Below are positions 30,333 to 39,877 of a stretch of 64,000 nucleotides of DNA, piece after piece (position 1 is the first letter of the stretch; the number at the start of each line of letters is the position of its first letter). The notes below the pieces were generated by a model. That model did no database searches. It was not told where the DNA came from and worked only from the letters and a program-made list of their open reading frames with translations. This stretch comes from Nannocystis bainbridge (GTDB taxonomy: Bacteria; Myxococcota_A; Polyangia; Nannocystales; Nannocystaceae): NCBI RefSeq assembly GCF_028368995.1, contig NZ_JAQNDL010000001.1, forward strand, positions 2,112,001 to 2,176,000, written 5' to 3'. The translations under genes were made by a program, and so were the position numbers.

Positions 30333-31625
30333 TCAGTGCGCGCCCTTCTTCGGCCGCAGCGGCTTGCCCTCGGACTGGAACTCGTTCCAGGTCGCCGGCT
30401 TGAACCCGTTGTCGACCGCCGCCATGGTGATGCAGTCGGGCACCGGGCACACGATCTGGCACAGGTTGCAGCCGACGCACTCCGACTCGTCGACCACCGG
30501 CACGCGGGTCCCCGCCGCTTTGGGCGCCGGGTGGATGCACTGGTGGGCGCCGTCGTGGCAGGCGACCACGCAGGCGTGGCAACCGATGCACTTGTCGGGG
30601 TCGATCTTGGCCACCGTCTCGTAGTTGAGGTCGAGCTCGCCCCACTCCGAGAACTGCGGCACCGCCTTGCCGCGCATCTCCTCGATCGTCGAGAACCCGT
30701 GCGAGCGCATGTACTCGGTCAGGCCCTCGATCATATCGCCGACCACGCGGTAGCCGCGGAGCATGACCTCGGTGCACACCTGGACCGACGAGCAGCCGAG
30801 CAGGATGAACTCGACCGCGTCGCGCCAGTTGGCGACCCCGCCGATGCCGCTGATCGGCAGGCCGAAGTCGGGGTCGCGGGCCAGGCTGCCGATCATGTGC
30901 ATGGCGATCGGCTTGACCGCCGCGCCGCAGTAGCCGCCGTTGGTCGACAGGCCGGCGACGCGCGGCTCGGGCACGAAGCGGTCGATGTCGACGGCGATGA
31001 GGCTCTTGATCGTGTTGATGAGCGAGACCCCGTGGGCCCCGCCGCGCTTGGCCGCCAGGCCGTGCGGGTTGATGTGGTCGACGTTGGGCGTCAGCTTGAC
31101 CAGCACGGGGATGGTCGAGAACTCTACGGCCCAGCTGGTGATCTTCTCGTTGAGCGCCGGCTCCTGGCCGACCGCCGAGCCCATGCCGCGCTCGCACATC
31201 CCGTGCGGGCAGCCGAAGTTGAGCTCGAGCCCGTCGGCCCCGGCGTCGATGGAGCGCTTGATCATGTCGCGCCACTCGTCGCGCGTCTCGACCATCAGCG
31301 ACACGATCACGCCGTGCTTGGGGTAGCGCTTCTTGACCTCGGCGATCTCGCGGAAGTTGACCTCGAGCGGGCGGTCGGTGATGAGCTCGATGTTGTTGAA
31401 GCCGATCGCGCGGGTGCCCTTGAAGTGGAGCGCGCCGAACCGCGACGACACGTTCTGGATCGGCGTGCCGAGCGTCTTCCACACCGCCCCGCCCCAGCCG
31501 GCGTCGAACGCCCGCATGATCTGCCCGCCCGAGTTGGCGGGCGGCGCCGAGGCGAGCCAGAACGGGTTCGGCGTGACGATCCCGCCGGTGTTCGAGGTCA
31601 GATCGACAGATGTCCCGAAGGCCAT
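30333..31625 (-). CDS. preA: NAD-dependent dihydropyrimidine dehydrogenase subunit PreA
   Basis: NPFWLASAPP, NNIELI, ELNFGCPHGM, KLTPN, SLINT, two C-terminal 4Fe-4S motifs. Confidence 0.95.
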   Translation of the reverse strand: MAFGTSVDLTSNTGGIVTPNPFWLASAPPANSGGQIMRAFDAGWGGAVWKTLGTPIQNVSSRFGALHFKGTRAIGFNNIELITDRPLEVNFREIAEVKKRYPKHGVIVSLMVETRDEWRDMIKRSIDAGADGLELNFGCPHGMCERGMGSAVGQEPALNEKITSWAVEFSTIPVLVKLTPNVDHINPHGLAAKRGGAHGVSLINTIKSLIAVDIDRFVPEPRVAGLSTNGGYCGAAVKPIAMHMIGSLARDPDFGLPISGIGGVANWRDAVEFILLGCSSVQVCTEVMLRGYRVVGDMIEGLTEYMRSHGFSTIEEMRGKAVPQFSEWGELDLNYETVAKIDPDKCIGCHACVVACHDGAHQCIHPAPKAAGTRVPVVDESECVGCNLCQIVCPVPDCITMAAVDNGFKPATWNEFQSEGKPLRPKKGAH

Positions 31626-31640
31626 GTTTGCTTGGATCCT

Positions 31641-32963
31641 TTACTTGCTCGCGCTCGCCGTGAGCGCCCGATCGATCGCCAGCGCCGCCCGCTTGCCCTC
31701 GGCGACCGCGTTGACGACCTCCTTGCCGCCGTTGGCGCAGTCGCCCCCCGCGTATACGCGCGGGTTGCCGGTCGCCCCGTCGGCGTCGACGATGAGCCGC
31801 CCGCCCTCGAGCTGCACGCCGCCCAGCCCCGCGACCAGCTCGCCCAGCCGGGCCTGGCCGATCGCCAGCAGCACCAGCTCGGCCGGCACCTCGAACTCCT
31901 CGCCCGCCAGCGGCCGCTTGTCGGCCCCGAGCTTGACGCAGCGCAGGCCAGCGACCCGACCGTCACGCTCGACGTAGGCTGTCGGCTGCGTGTGCCACAA
32001 CGAGCGCACGCCCTCGATCTTGGCCGCCTTCCACTCGTGCTCGTAGCCGCTCATGGCCGCCTCGTCGCCGCGGTAGAGCATCGTCACCTCGGACACCCCG
32101 AGGCCGACCAGCTCGCGCACCGCGTCGACCGCCGTGTTGCCGCCGCCGACCACCACCGCCCGCTTCACCCCGCCGAGGTCGACGCGGCCGAGCTTGAACT
32201 TCTCGATGAACGCGACCGCGCCGTCGATGCCCGCCAGCTGTTTGCCGGGGATGTCGAGCACGCGGTCGGCGCCGAGGCCGACGCCGATAAACAGCGCGTC
32301 ATGGCGGGCCAGCAGCGCGTCCCAGCCGACGTCGCGGCCGATGTGGACGCCGGACTCGACCGCGATCCCGCCGATGCCGAGCACGTAAGCGACCTCGGCC
32401 AGAGCGTCGTCGGCCCGGAGCTTGTAGGGCGCGACGCCGGTGGTGTTGAGCCCGCCGAGCCAGTGGCCGGCGTCGTAGATCGTGCAGGCGTGGCCGCGGC
32501 GGCGCAGCTCGTGCGCGGCCGCCAGCGAGGCCGGTCCACCGCCGACGAGCCCGACCGAGCGGCCGCTGGCGGGCCCGGCGGTGAAGTAGCGCCAGTCCTC
32601 GGCCAGCGCCGCGTCGGTGACGTAGCGCTGCAGGCGACCGATGGCGATCGGCGGCGCGTCCATCTCGTTGTACACGCAGCCGCCGACGCACAGCACCTCG
32701 ACCGGGCACACGCGGGCGCAGCTCATGCCGAAGATGTTGGCGTCGAGGATGGTGCGCGCGGAGCCCTTGAGGTTGCCGGTGGAGATCTTGCGGATGAACT
32801 CGGGGATATCGATGGCAGTCGGGCACTTCTGCACGCACGGGGCGTCGGCGCAGTAGAGGCAACGGTTGGCCTCGGCGAGCGCCTGCGCCGGACCGAGCGC
32901 GGGCTTGTAGTCGCCGAAGCCAGCCTCGGAGCGGTCCTCTGGGAGGTTGAGCGGATCGACCAT
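31641..32963 (-). CDS. preT: Dihydropyrimidine dehydrogenase subunit PreT (GltD-like)
   Basis: EANRCLYCADAPC..CPT, CARVCP...LC, GGGPA, GGGNTA, YAGGD; upstream of preA. Confidence 0.9.
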   Translation of the reverse strand: MVDPLNLPEDRSEAGFGDYKPALGPAQALAEANRCLYCADAPCVQKCPTAIDIPEFIRKISTGNLKGSARTILDANIFGMSCARVCPVEVLCVGGCVYNEMDAPPIAIGRLQRYVTDAALAEDWRYFTAGPASGRSVGLVGGGPASLAAAHELRRRGHACTIYDAGHWLGGLNTTGVAPYKLRADDALAEVAYVLGIGGIAVESGVHIGRDVGWDALLARHDALFIGVGLGADRVLDIPGKQLAGIDGAVAFIEKFKLGRVDLGGVKRAVVVGGGNTAVDAVRELVGLGVSEVTMLYRGDEAAMSGYEHEWKAAKIEGVRSLWHTQPTAYVERDGRVAGLRCVKLGADKRPLAGEEFEVPAELVLLAIGQARLGELVAGLGGVQLEGGRLIVDADGATGNPRVYAGGDCANGGKEVVNAVAEGKRAALAIDRALTASASK

Positions 32964-33193
32964 CGGCCCGCGATCATACACCCGCCCGCACGCCCGCGCG
33001 GCTTTTCTCGCGGCGGGCCCGGTCCGCGTCCAGCGAACGCCGCCGCCGCCGCGCGGGCCGAGCACCGGGCCCTGCGCAGGCGCCCGGGCGACCGGCGCCC
33101 GAAGGGCAGTTCGTGCGCGTCCTGGCAAGTCCTTTGCGGCCAGGCCGCCGCCCGGGGTATGCTCTCCACAAGCCCCAGGCCGCGCGGACGCCC

Positions 33194-33991
33194 ATGAACG
33201 ACACCGTCAAGATGTTCCTGATCTCGCTGATTACGGCCGTTCTGGTCCAGGTGCTGCTGGGGCCGCAGATCCAGCGGATGCAGCAGCAGCAGCACCAGTC
33301 GCCGGTGGCAGTGGCCCCGACGCCGGTGCAGCCGGCCCCGGCCCAGCTGGCGCCGCAAGTCGCGGCCCAGCCGACGGCGCCGGTCGAAACGGCGATCCCG
33401 GCGCCGGAGTTCGTCGGAACGACGATCAAGGACGCCCGCAAGATCGCGGTGTCGCAGAGCATCATCATCATCCAGGACGGCGACCGCGAGGCGCCGGACA
33501 AGTCGCCGGGCGAGATCCTCGAGCAGAACCCGTCCGCCGGGACCATGCTGACCAGCACCCGCGAGATCCGGGTCATCGTCGCCCGCGCCCGCGAGGCCAA
33601 GGTCCCGAACCTGGTCGGCAAGCCGATCGTCGAGGCCAAGTCCACGCTCGAAGGCCTCGGCGTCGAGTTCACCGAGGTGCCGAAGGACTCGAGCAAGACC
33701 CCGGGCACGGTGCTGGGCCAGAAGCCGGCCGCCGGGGTCAAGGTCCAGCCGGGCACCAGCGTCGAGCTGACGATCGCCGCGCTGCCGCTGATCGAGGTCC
33801 CCGCGGTCACCGGCAAGTACCTCAACAAGGCCAAGACGGTGCTCAAGGACTCGGGCCTCGACACCGGCGACGTGAAGCGCGTCGAGCACGAGGAGCACGG
33901 CGAGAACTACGTGCTCAAGCAGGACCCGCCGGCCGGCGCCAAGGTCCCGTTCGGCACGACGATCACCCTCACGGTGGTCGCGCCCAACTGA
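33194..33991 (+). CDS. Membrane-anchored protein with three PASTA domains
   Basis: N-terminal TM helix, Q/P linker; three repeats of (V/A)P.(L/F/V)(V/T)G....A...L...G.V..Q.P..G. Confidence 0.85.
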   Translation: MNDTVKMFLISLITAVLVQVLLGPQIQRMQQQQHQSPVAVAPTPVQPAPAQLAPQVAAQPTAPVETAIPAPEFVGTTIKDARKIAVSQSIIIIQDGDREAPDKSPGEILEQNPSAGTMLTSTREIRVIVARAREAKVPNLVGKPIVEAKSTLEGLGVEFTEVPKDSSKTPGTVLGQKPAAGVKVQPGTSVELTIAALPLIEVPAVTGKYLNKAKTVLKDSGLDTGDVKRVEHEEHGENYVLKQDPPAGAKVPFGTTITLTVVAPN

Positions 33992-34021
33992 GTTTCTTCT
34001 AAAAGAGACGCCGACCTCCGA

Positions 34022-34053
34022 CGAACCGCCGCCGCGCCTGCGCCGGCGGTTCG
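34022..34053 (+). terminator. Stem-loop after the PASTA gene
   Basis: CGAACCGCCG...CGGCGGTTCG 10-bp inverted repeat. Confidence 0.4.
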
Positions 34054-34276
34054 CTCGCGACCGGCGGCGGCTCTCCCTGCATCGGCGCGCCGGACCTACG
34101 CGCGCTCCGCCTCGCGCCGGCGCCGGACGAGGCGGGTGTGGCTGGCCCGCGTGCACCCGCCGCCTCACGGGCCATTCGCTGCAGTTCCCTCGCGTCGTCC
34201 CTCGCGCCGGTGCCGCCTGCGGCGAACGGTCGTCCGGCTCGCGCGGGCCGGCGTTTTGCGGTTTACTCCCTCGCGC

Positions 34277-34555
34277 ATGGGCCGGATCGCCGCTCTCGTC
34301 CTCACCCTGGCCGCCGCCTGCGCCGGCGAGCCGGAGGTTCGTACCACTCGCTTCGCCGTCGGCGGCATGGTCTGCCACTCGTGCGAGGAGGGCATCTGCG
34401 CGGCCGTGCGCAAGCTCGACGGCGTCGAGGCCTGCACGGCCGACCACGCCGCCGGCGCCGCCGAGGTCCGCCACGATCCGGCCCGCGCCCCGGCCGCCGC
34501 GATCGCCGAGACGATCACCAAGCTCGGCTACACCGCGACGCCGGCCGCTCCGTGA
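34277..34555 (+). CDS. Heavy-metal-associated (HMA) domain lipoprotein
   Basis: LAAAC lipobox; GMVCHSC metal-binding motif; ..LGY. Confidence 0.8.
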   Translation: MGRIAALVLTLAAACAGEPEVRTTRFAVGGMVCHSCEEGICAAVRKLDGVEACTADHAAGAAEVRHDPARAPAAAIAETITKLGYTATPAAP

Positions 34556-34651
34556 CCTGTCCTCCGGGGCATGTCCTCCGGGACATGCCCTTCGGGACCT
34601 GCCCTTTCGCACCTGTCCTTACACACCTGGCCTTCACGACATGTCCTTGCC
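34554..34651. repeat. 14-bp-period motif array (7 units); last unit overlaps the next start codon
   Basis: gacctgtcctccgg|ggcatgtcctccgg|gacatgcccttcgg|gacctgccctttcg|cacctgtccttaca|cacctggccttcac|gacatgtccttgcc. Confidence 0.9.
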
Positions 34652-35432
34652 CTCCGAACTGTGCTGCCCGACCTGCCGCGGACCGCTCGCCGTCGAGGGC
34701 GTCGGCGCTGCTTGCCGCGTGTGTGACCGGCGTTACTCCGGCGACCGCGGCTGGCTCGATTTCCTGCCCGACCTCGGCGCCGCGGGCGACGGCCTCGGCC
34801 CGCGGCTGATGCACAGCCGGGCGCTGGCCCGCGTGTACGAGCGGCTGTGGCGGCCGATGTTCTTCGGCGTGGCGAGCGGCGGCCTGCCTGACTACCGGGC
34901 CGAATTCGAGGCGGTGCTGGCGGCGCTGGCCTCGGCCGAGGGCGGCGCGGTCGTCGACCTCAGCTGCGGCCCCGGCTTCACCGGCCGCCGGCTGGCCGAG
35001 TCGGGCCGGTTCACGCGGGTGTTCGGGCTCGACTGGTCGCTGGCGATGCTGGCGCGCGCGGCCGCCGACAACCGCGGCCTGATGCGGCTCATCCGCAGCG
35101 ACGTCGCCAACCTGCCCTTCAAGACAGCCAGCCTCGCCGGCGCGCACGCGGGCGCCGCCTTCCACATGTGGCCCGACCCGGCCAGCGCGGTCGCCGAGGT
35201 CGCGCGGGTGGTCCGGCCGGGCGGGGCCTTCGTCGCCAGCACCTTCGCCCACACCCGCGGCCTGCGGCGCCGCCTCGAGGTCGCCGCCTCGGCTCTCGGC
35301 CGCTTCCACGTGTTCGAGGTCGATCAATTGCGCGGCATGCTCGGCGCCCACGGCCTCGTCGATTTCGAGTGCGAGCGCCGCGGCTCGCTGATCCTCTTCT
35401 GGGCCCGCCGGGCCGGGGCCGCCGCCGCGTGA
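34641..35432 (+). CDS. Class I SAM-dependent methyltransferase with N-terminal CxxC...CxxC
   Basis: CPTC..CRVC; VVDLSCGPG; GLDWS..ML; EVARVVRPGG. Confidence 0.85.
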   Translation: MSLPSELCCPTCRGPLAVEGVGAACRVCDRRYSGDRGWLDFLPDLGAAGDGLGPRLMHSRALARVYERLWRPMFFGVASGGLPDYRAEFEAVLAALASAEGGAVVDLSCGPGFTGRRLAESGRFTRVFGLDWSLAMLARAAADNRGLMRLIRSDVANLPFKTASLAGAHAGAAFHMWPDPASAVAEVARVVRPGGAFVASTFAHTRGLRRRLEVAASALGRFHVFEVDQLRGMLGAHGLVDFECERRGSLILFWARRAGAAAA

Positions 35433-36376
35433 GCCCGCCGGCTTTCGGGGCCGCTCGCGGGATCTCCGAGCACCCGATCCGCGCCGCCGACGGCTGGCGC
35501 CTCTCGGTCCTCGATCTCGAGCCCGCCGGACCGGCGTGGGGCGTCGTCGTCGCCGGCCACGCCATGATGGTCGACCGCCGCACCCTCCTCCGGCGGGGCC
35601 GCCCATGCCTGGCCCGCAGCCTGTGCGACGCCGGTCTGCGGGTGCTCGTGCCCGATCTGCGGGGCCACGGCGCCAGCGGCCCCGAGCCTGCGCGCGGCGG
35701 CGACTGGTCCTACGATCAATTGGTGGAGGACACCGCGGCCTACCTCGATCTGGCCCGCCGGCTCGCGCCCGACCTCCCGCTGGCCACCCTCGGCCACTCG
35801 CTGTTCGGCCACACCACCCTCGCCTGGTGCACCACCGCCGCCGCGCGCGGGATCGCCCCGGCCGCCCACGTCGCCCTGTGCGCCGACTTCTGGCTGCCCG
35901 GCACCGAGGATCGCCGGCTCGTGTGGGCGCTCAAGCGGCTGATCGTGCGCGTGAGCGCCGGCCTGTCGGGCGTGCTCGGCTCGGTGCCGGCGCGGCGCTT
36001 CGGGGTCGGCAGCGCCGACGAGGCCCACACCTACTTCGACGATTTCCGCCGCTGCATCGCCGAAGGCGGCTGGCGGGCCCGCGGCGGCCACGACTACCGG
36101 GCCGGCCTCGCGGGCGTCGATCTGCCGGTCCTGCTGGTCGTCAGCGACGCCGATCGCCTGGCCTCGCCGCGCACCGCGACCCGGCTGTGGTCGCCGTTGC
36201 CGCGGCTCACGACCTGGCGGCTCACGGCCGCCGGGGCCCACGACCACGGCGGCCGCGCCTCGCCCGAGCTGGCCGGCCTCGGCGCGCCGGGTCACATGGC
36301 CACCGTCACCGATCCCGCCAGCGAGCCGCTGTGGCGGGCGATCGCAACCTGGCTCAAGGGTCAGCTGGTCGCCTGA
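35429..36376 (+). CDS. Alpha/beta hydrolase
   Basis: DLRGHGAS, LGHSLFG nucleophile elbow, D and GH acid/base; GTGA overlap with upstream gene. Confidence 0.8.
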   Translation: MSPPAFGAARGISEHPIRAADGWRLSVLDLEPAGPAWGVVVAGHAMMVDRRTLLRRGRPCLARSLCDAGLRVLVPDLRGHGASGPEPARGGDWSYDQLVEDTAAYLDLARRLAPDLPLATLGHSLFGHTTLAWCTTAAARGIAPAAHVALCADFWLPGTEDRRLVWALKRLIVRVSAGLSGVLGSVPARRFGVGSADEAHTYFDDFRRCIAEGGWRARGGHDYRAGLAGVDLPVLLVVSDADRLASPRTATRLWSPLPRLTTWRLTAAGAHDHGGRASPELAGLGAPGHMATVTDPASEPLWRAIATWLKGQLVA

Positions 36377-36404
36377 GCCGGCGCGGCTGTGCTATCCCCG
36401 CCCG

Positions 36405-37499
36405 GTGCTCCCGCGCGACCGCGACGGACGGATCCTCCTGAAGGGCGTGCCCCGGCCGCAGCTGCTGGCGTGGGCCGGCGCGCGAGGCCTGCGCCCGGGC
36501 CAGGCCGACGCGCTGTGGGCCGCGCTCTACCGCAAGCTGCGGTCCGACTTCGCGGTCATGCCCGAGCTCGACCGGGCGGTGCGCGACGGCCTCGCCGCCG
36601 AGACGCGGCTCGACGTGCTCCGCCTCGAGGCCGTCAAGCAGGCCGCCGACGGCACCAGCAAGCTGGTCTTTCAGACAGACGACGGCGCGGCCATCGAGTC
36701 GGTGCTGATCCCGGGCCCCGAGCGGGCCACCCTGTGCGTGTCGAGCCAGATCGGCTGCGCGATGAACTGTCAGTTCTGCCTGACCGCGACCATGGGCCTC
36801 GCGCGCAACCTGTCCGCCGCCGAGATCGTCGACCAACTGGTGCTCGCCCGCCGCCACTTCCCCGACGTGTGGATCTCCAACGTCGTGTTCATGGGCATGG
36901 GCGAGCCGCTGCACAACCTCGACCAGGTGCTGCCGGCGATCGCGTGCATGGTCGACGACCAGGGGCTCGGCCTGTCGCAGCGGCGGGTCACCGTCTCGAC
37001 CTCGGGGCTGGTGCCGCAGATCCGCCGGCTCGTCGCCGAGAGCCCGGCGCAGCTGGCCGTCAGCGTCAACGCCACCACCGACGAGATCCGCGACGCCATC
37101 ATGCCGGTCAACCGCAAGTACCCGCTGGCGGACCTGTTCGCGGCCCTGCGCGAGCTGCCGCTGGCGCGGCGGGCCCGCGTCACCCTCGAGTACGTGCTGC
37201 TGGCCGGCGTCAACGACAGCCTGGAGGACGCCGAGCGGCTGGCCGAGTTGGTCCACGGCTTGCCGTGCAAGCTCAACCTGATCCCGTGGAATCCCCACCC
37301 CGGCAGCGAGTTTCGCCGGCCCGAGCCCGAGCGGGTGGCGGCCTTCAAGGCTCACCTGCAGGCGCGGCGGCTCAACACCTCGATCCGGACCACGCGGGGC
37401 GACGACACCATGGCTGCGTGTGGGCAGCTCGGCCGGGCCCCCGCGGAGGCCCCACGGCGGACCCGGCGCCCCCATGGGCTCCCCGTGATCGCATCCTGA
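36405..37499 (+). CDS. rlmN: 23S rRNA A2503 C2-methyltransferase RlmN (radical SAM)
   Basis: CVSSQIGCAMNCQFC, MGMGEPL, TVSTSG, EYVLL.GVND, NLIPWN, AACGQL. Confidence 0.93.
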   Translation: MLPRDRDGRILLKGVPRPQLLAWAGARGLRPGQADALWAALYRKLRSDFAVMPELDRAVRDGLAAETRLDVLRLEAVKQAADGTSKLVFQTDDGAAIESVLIPGPERATLCVSSQIGCAMNCQFCLTATMGLARNLSAAEIVDQLVLARRHFPDVWISNVVFMGMGEPLHNLDQVLPAIACMVDDQGLGLSQRRVTVSTSGLVPQIRRLVAESPAQLAVSVNATTDEIRDAIMPVNRKYPLADLFAALRELPLARRARVTLEYVLLAGVNDSLEDAERLAELVHGLPCKLNLIPWNPHPGSEFRRPEPERVAAFKAHLQARRLNTSIRTTRGDDTMAACGQLGRAPAEAPRRTRRPHGLPVIAS

Positions 37500-37712
37500 T
37501 CTCTGCCCGCGCTGCGGCGTCGCCGCAGCTCCGCGGGTGGGGTCTGGTACCTTCAGAACACCGTCCCGAGCGGTGAAATCAGCCGCGCGAACGGATTTTC
37601 CTGGCGCTCTCGCGGCTTGCGGCGGGCCACGTCGGTTCCCACGGCCGCAGCTTGTGGGGTACCATGGCTGCAGGCGCGTGAGCGCCGCGTCCTCTCTCGA
37701 GACACGCCCAGG

Positions 37713-38852
37713 ATGTTCGACCCCTTCAAGAAGCTCAAGCTGGCGAGCGCCTTCCTCGGCGTCGCGGAAGACGCCGTACGGGTGGACGCCAACCTCGAGC
37801 TCGGCGACTTGTTCGGCCGCCTCGACATTCGCAGCCTCGGCCTCGACGTCGCCCGCCTCCTCGATCAGGACGGCGTCCGTCCGCTCTACGACAGTAAATA
37901 CTTGCCGCAGCCGGAGCCGCTCGATCGCCTGCACGCCTATGGCGACGGCACGCTCGGCCGCGAGGTCGCCCGCTACCTGCGGGCGCAAAAGCAGCAGCGG
38001 CTCCTGGGCCCGCCGTCGAACTTCGATTACCGCGACCCCGCCGCCTACCTCGCGCTGCGCGTCCGCATGACGCACCCGATCATCCACGTGCTGACCGAGT
38101 ACGACGCCACCCCGCTCGGCGAGCTCGCGGTCCAGTCGTATTACGTCGGTCAGCTCGGCAACCTGATGAGCGGCGTCATGATCAGCTCGGCGCTGCTGCA
38201 GATCACCCGCGACATGCCCGACAAGCTGGGCGACGCGCTGGCGATCCTCGCCGAGGCCTACCAGCGCGGCCAGACCGCCAAGCCGTTCCTCGGCATCGCC
38301 TGGGAGGAGCTGTGGTCGGCCCAGGTGCCGCAGCTGCGCGAGCTCGCCGACCTCGTGCCGCGCAGCTCCAACACCGCCATGCTCGACCTCGACGCTCTGG
38401 CCGAGCCCGAGCCGCCGCCGCCGCCGCGCGTCAACCTCAGCGGCTTCAGCGGCGGCGCAGCCGAGGTCACCCCGCTGCGCAACGCCGTCGCCGCGCCGGC
38501 CGAGAGCCGGGTCGAGCCGCGCGGTCGTCCGGTGTCACAATCGTCGCTGCTGGCCAGCTTCATGGCCCTGGCCGAGCAGGCGCAGGAGCAGGAGAAGCAG
38601 TCGCACGCCCAGCCGCCGCGCACGCCCGAACCCGAGCCGGACGAGGCCGAGGAGCCCGAGCTCGTCGACCCCTCGCCGCGCCACGTCGCCAAGCCGCCGC
38701 CCCCGCCGCTGCGCGTGCAGTCGCAGCCGCTGCCGCAGCCGCAGCCGCCCCGGCCGCCCTCGCGGCCCGTCACGCAGCCGGGCTTCTCGGTCGAGGAGTC
38801 CGACCCGAAGATCATGCCGGCCATGTCGCCGGACGATCCAGACTTCTTCTAG
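37713..38852 (+). CDS. Coq4-like domain protein with Pro-rich C-terminal tail
   Basis: L..L..Y.DGTLGREV..YL; R.R.THPIIHVLTEY...PLGE (Coq4 HDxxH-like, D replaced by P). Confidence 0.65.
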   Translation: MFDPFKKLKLASAFLGVAEDAVRVDANLELGDLFGRLDIRSLGLDVARLLDQDGVRPLYDSKYLPQPEPLDRLHAYGDGTLGREVARYLRAQKQQRLLGPPSNFDYRDPAAYLALRVRMTHPIIHVLTEYDATPLGELAVQSYYVGQLGNLMSGVMISSALLQITRDMPDKLGDALAILAEAYQRGQTAKPFLGIAWEELWSAQVPQLRELADLVPRSSNTAMLDLDALAEPEPPPPPRVNLSGFSGGAAEVTPLRNAVAAPAESRVEPRGRPVSQSSLLASFMALAEQAQEQEKQSHAQPPRTPEPEPDEAEEPELVDPSPRHVAKPPPPPLRVQSQPLPQPQPPRPPSRPVTQPGFSVEESDPKIMPAMSPDDPDFF

Positions 38853-38858
38853 GACCCC

Positions 38859-39176
38859 ATGCCAGCTCGACTTTCGCCCGAAGCCCGCGCCGCCGCCCTC
38901 GCTGCTCTGCCCGGGTGGCGCGAGGTCGAGGGGCGCGACGCCATCACCCGCAACCTCCGCTTCGCCGACTTCGGCGCGGCGTTCGGGTTCATGGCCCAGG
39001 TCGCCCTCGTGGCCGAGAAGATGGACCACCACCCCGAGTGGTTCAACGTCTACAACAAGGTCGACATCACCCTCAGCACGCACGACGCCCACGGCCTGAC
39101 GCGCCTCGACGTCGAGCTCGCCCAGGCGATCGAGCGCATCGCCGGCGCGCTACCCCAGGCGTCGTCGAGCGGTTAG
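38859..39176 (+). CDS. phhB: Pterin-4-alpha-carbinolamine dehydratase
   Basis: [39 protein letters not shown]. Confidence 0.93.
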   Translation: MPARLSPEARAAALAALPGWREVEGRDAITRNLRFADFGAAFGFMAQVALVAEKMDHHPEWFNVYNKVDITLSTHDAHGLTRLDVELAQAIERIAGALPQASSSG

Positions 39177-39188
39177 GCTGGCGCCGTC

Positions 39189-39608
39189 ATGCGCCGCCTG
39201 CTCCTCGCCCTCGCGCCCGCCGTCGTGCTCGCCTGCAGCGGCGCGGGCGGCACCAGCACCCCGCCCGCCGCCAGGCCAGCGCCCTCGACCGAGCCGGCCG
39301 CCGCCGAGAGTGACAGCGCCAGCTTCGCCGCGCCCCCGGCCGCCGACGAGCCGCCGCGCAACGACCCGGCCCAGACCGACGTCTCGCCCGAGCTCACTGC
39401 GCGGATCAAAGAGAAGTTCGGCGAGCGCTGCCGCTACGAGCGGGCCTGCGGCGAGCTGCTCGGCGTCGACTGCGACTCCGCCGTCGACGGCCCCTACCAC
39501 TACGTCCGCCGCGACTCGCTCGAGCTCGTCAGCCGCTGCGGCGGCGCATGCATGGGCGGCGCCTGCACCGACTGCCCGCCCAAGGCATGGACCTGCCCGA
39601 CCTACTGA
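39189..39608 (+). CDS. Small Cys-rich lipoprotein
   Basis: VLAC lipobox; C-terminal CGGACM..CTDCPP..WTC. Confidence 0.7.
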   Translation: MRRLLLALAPAVVLACSGAGGTSTPPAARPAPSTEPAAAESDSASFAAPPAADEPPRNDPAQTDVSPELTARIKEKFGERCRYERACGELLGVDCDSAVDGPYHYVRRDSLELVSRCGGACMGGACTDCPPKAWTCPTY

Positions 39609-39753
39609 CCCGGCGAGCCGCGCGGCCCCGCGTGGCTCGCCCATGGCGTGAACCCGCCCGACCTGCAGGCGGTCTCGCGGCCCCGCGAGCGGCGCGTCCA
39701 TCTTCCCACCCGCCCCGCGATTCTCGCAACGGGCGCCCGCCGCGACGCGTGGT

Positions 39754-39865
39754 CATCTGCCCCTTCGGACCTGCCCCTTCCGACATGCCCATCGGGACAT
39801 GCCCCTTCGGACCTGTCCCATCGGACCTTTTCTATCGGACATGTCCTCGCTGAACTGCCCTCACG
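39754..39865. repeat. 14-bp-period motif array (8 units), the longest in the window
   Basis: catctgccccttcg|gacctgccccttcc|gacatgcccatcgg|gacatgccccttcg|gacctgtcccatcg|gaccttttctatcg|gacatgtcctcgct|gaactgccctcacg. Confidence 0.9.
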
Positions 39866-39877
39866 GAGACCTCGCCC

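Noticed and set aside
39754-39865. Motif arrays as CRISPR arrays
   Set aside because: Period is only 14 bp, there are no unique 25-40-bp spacers, and no cas genes are present.
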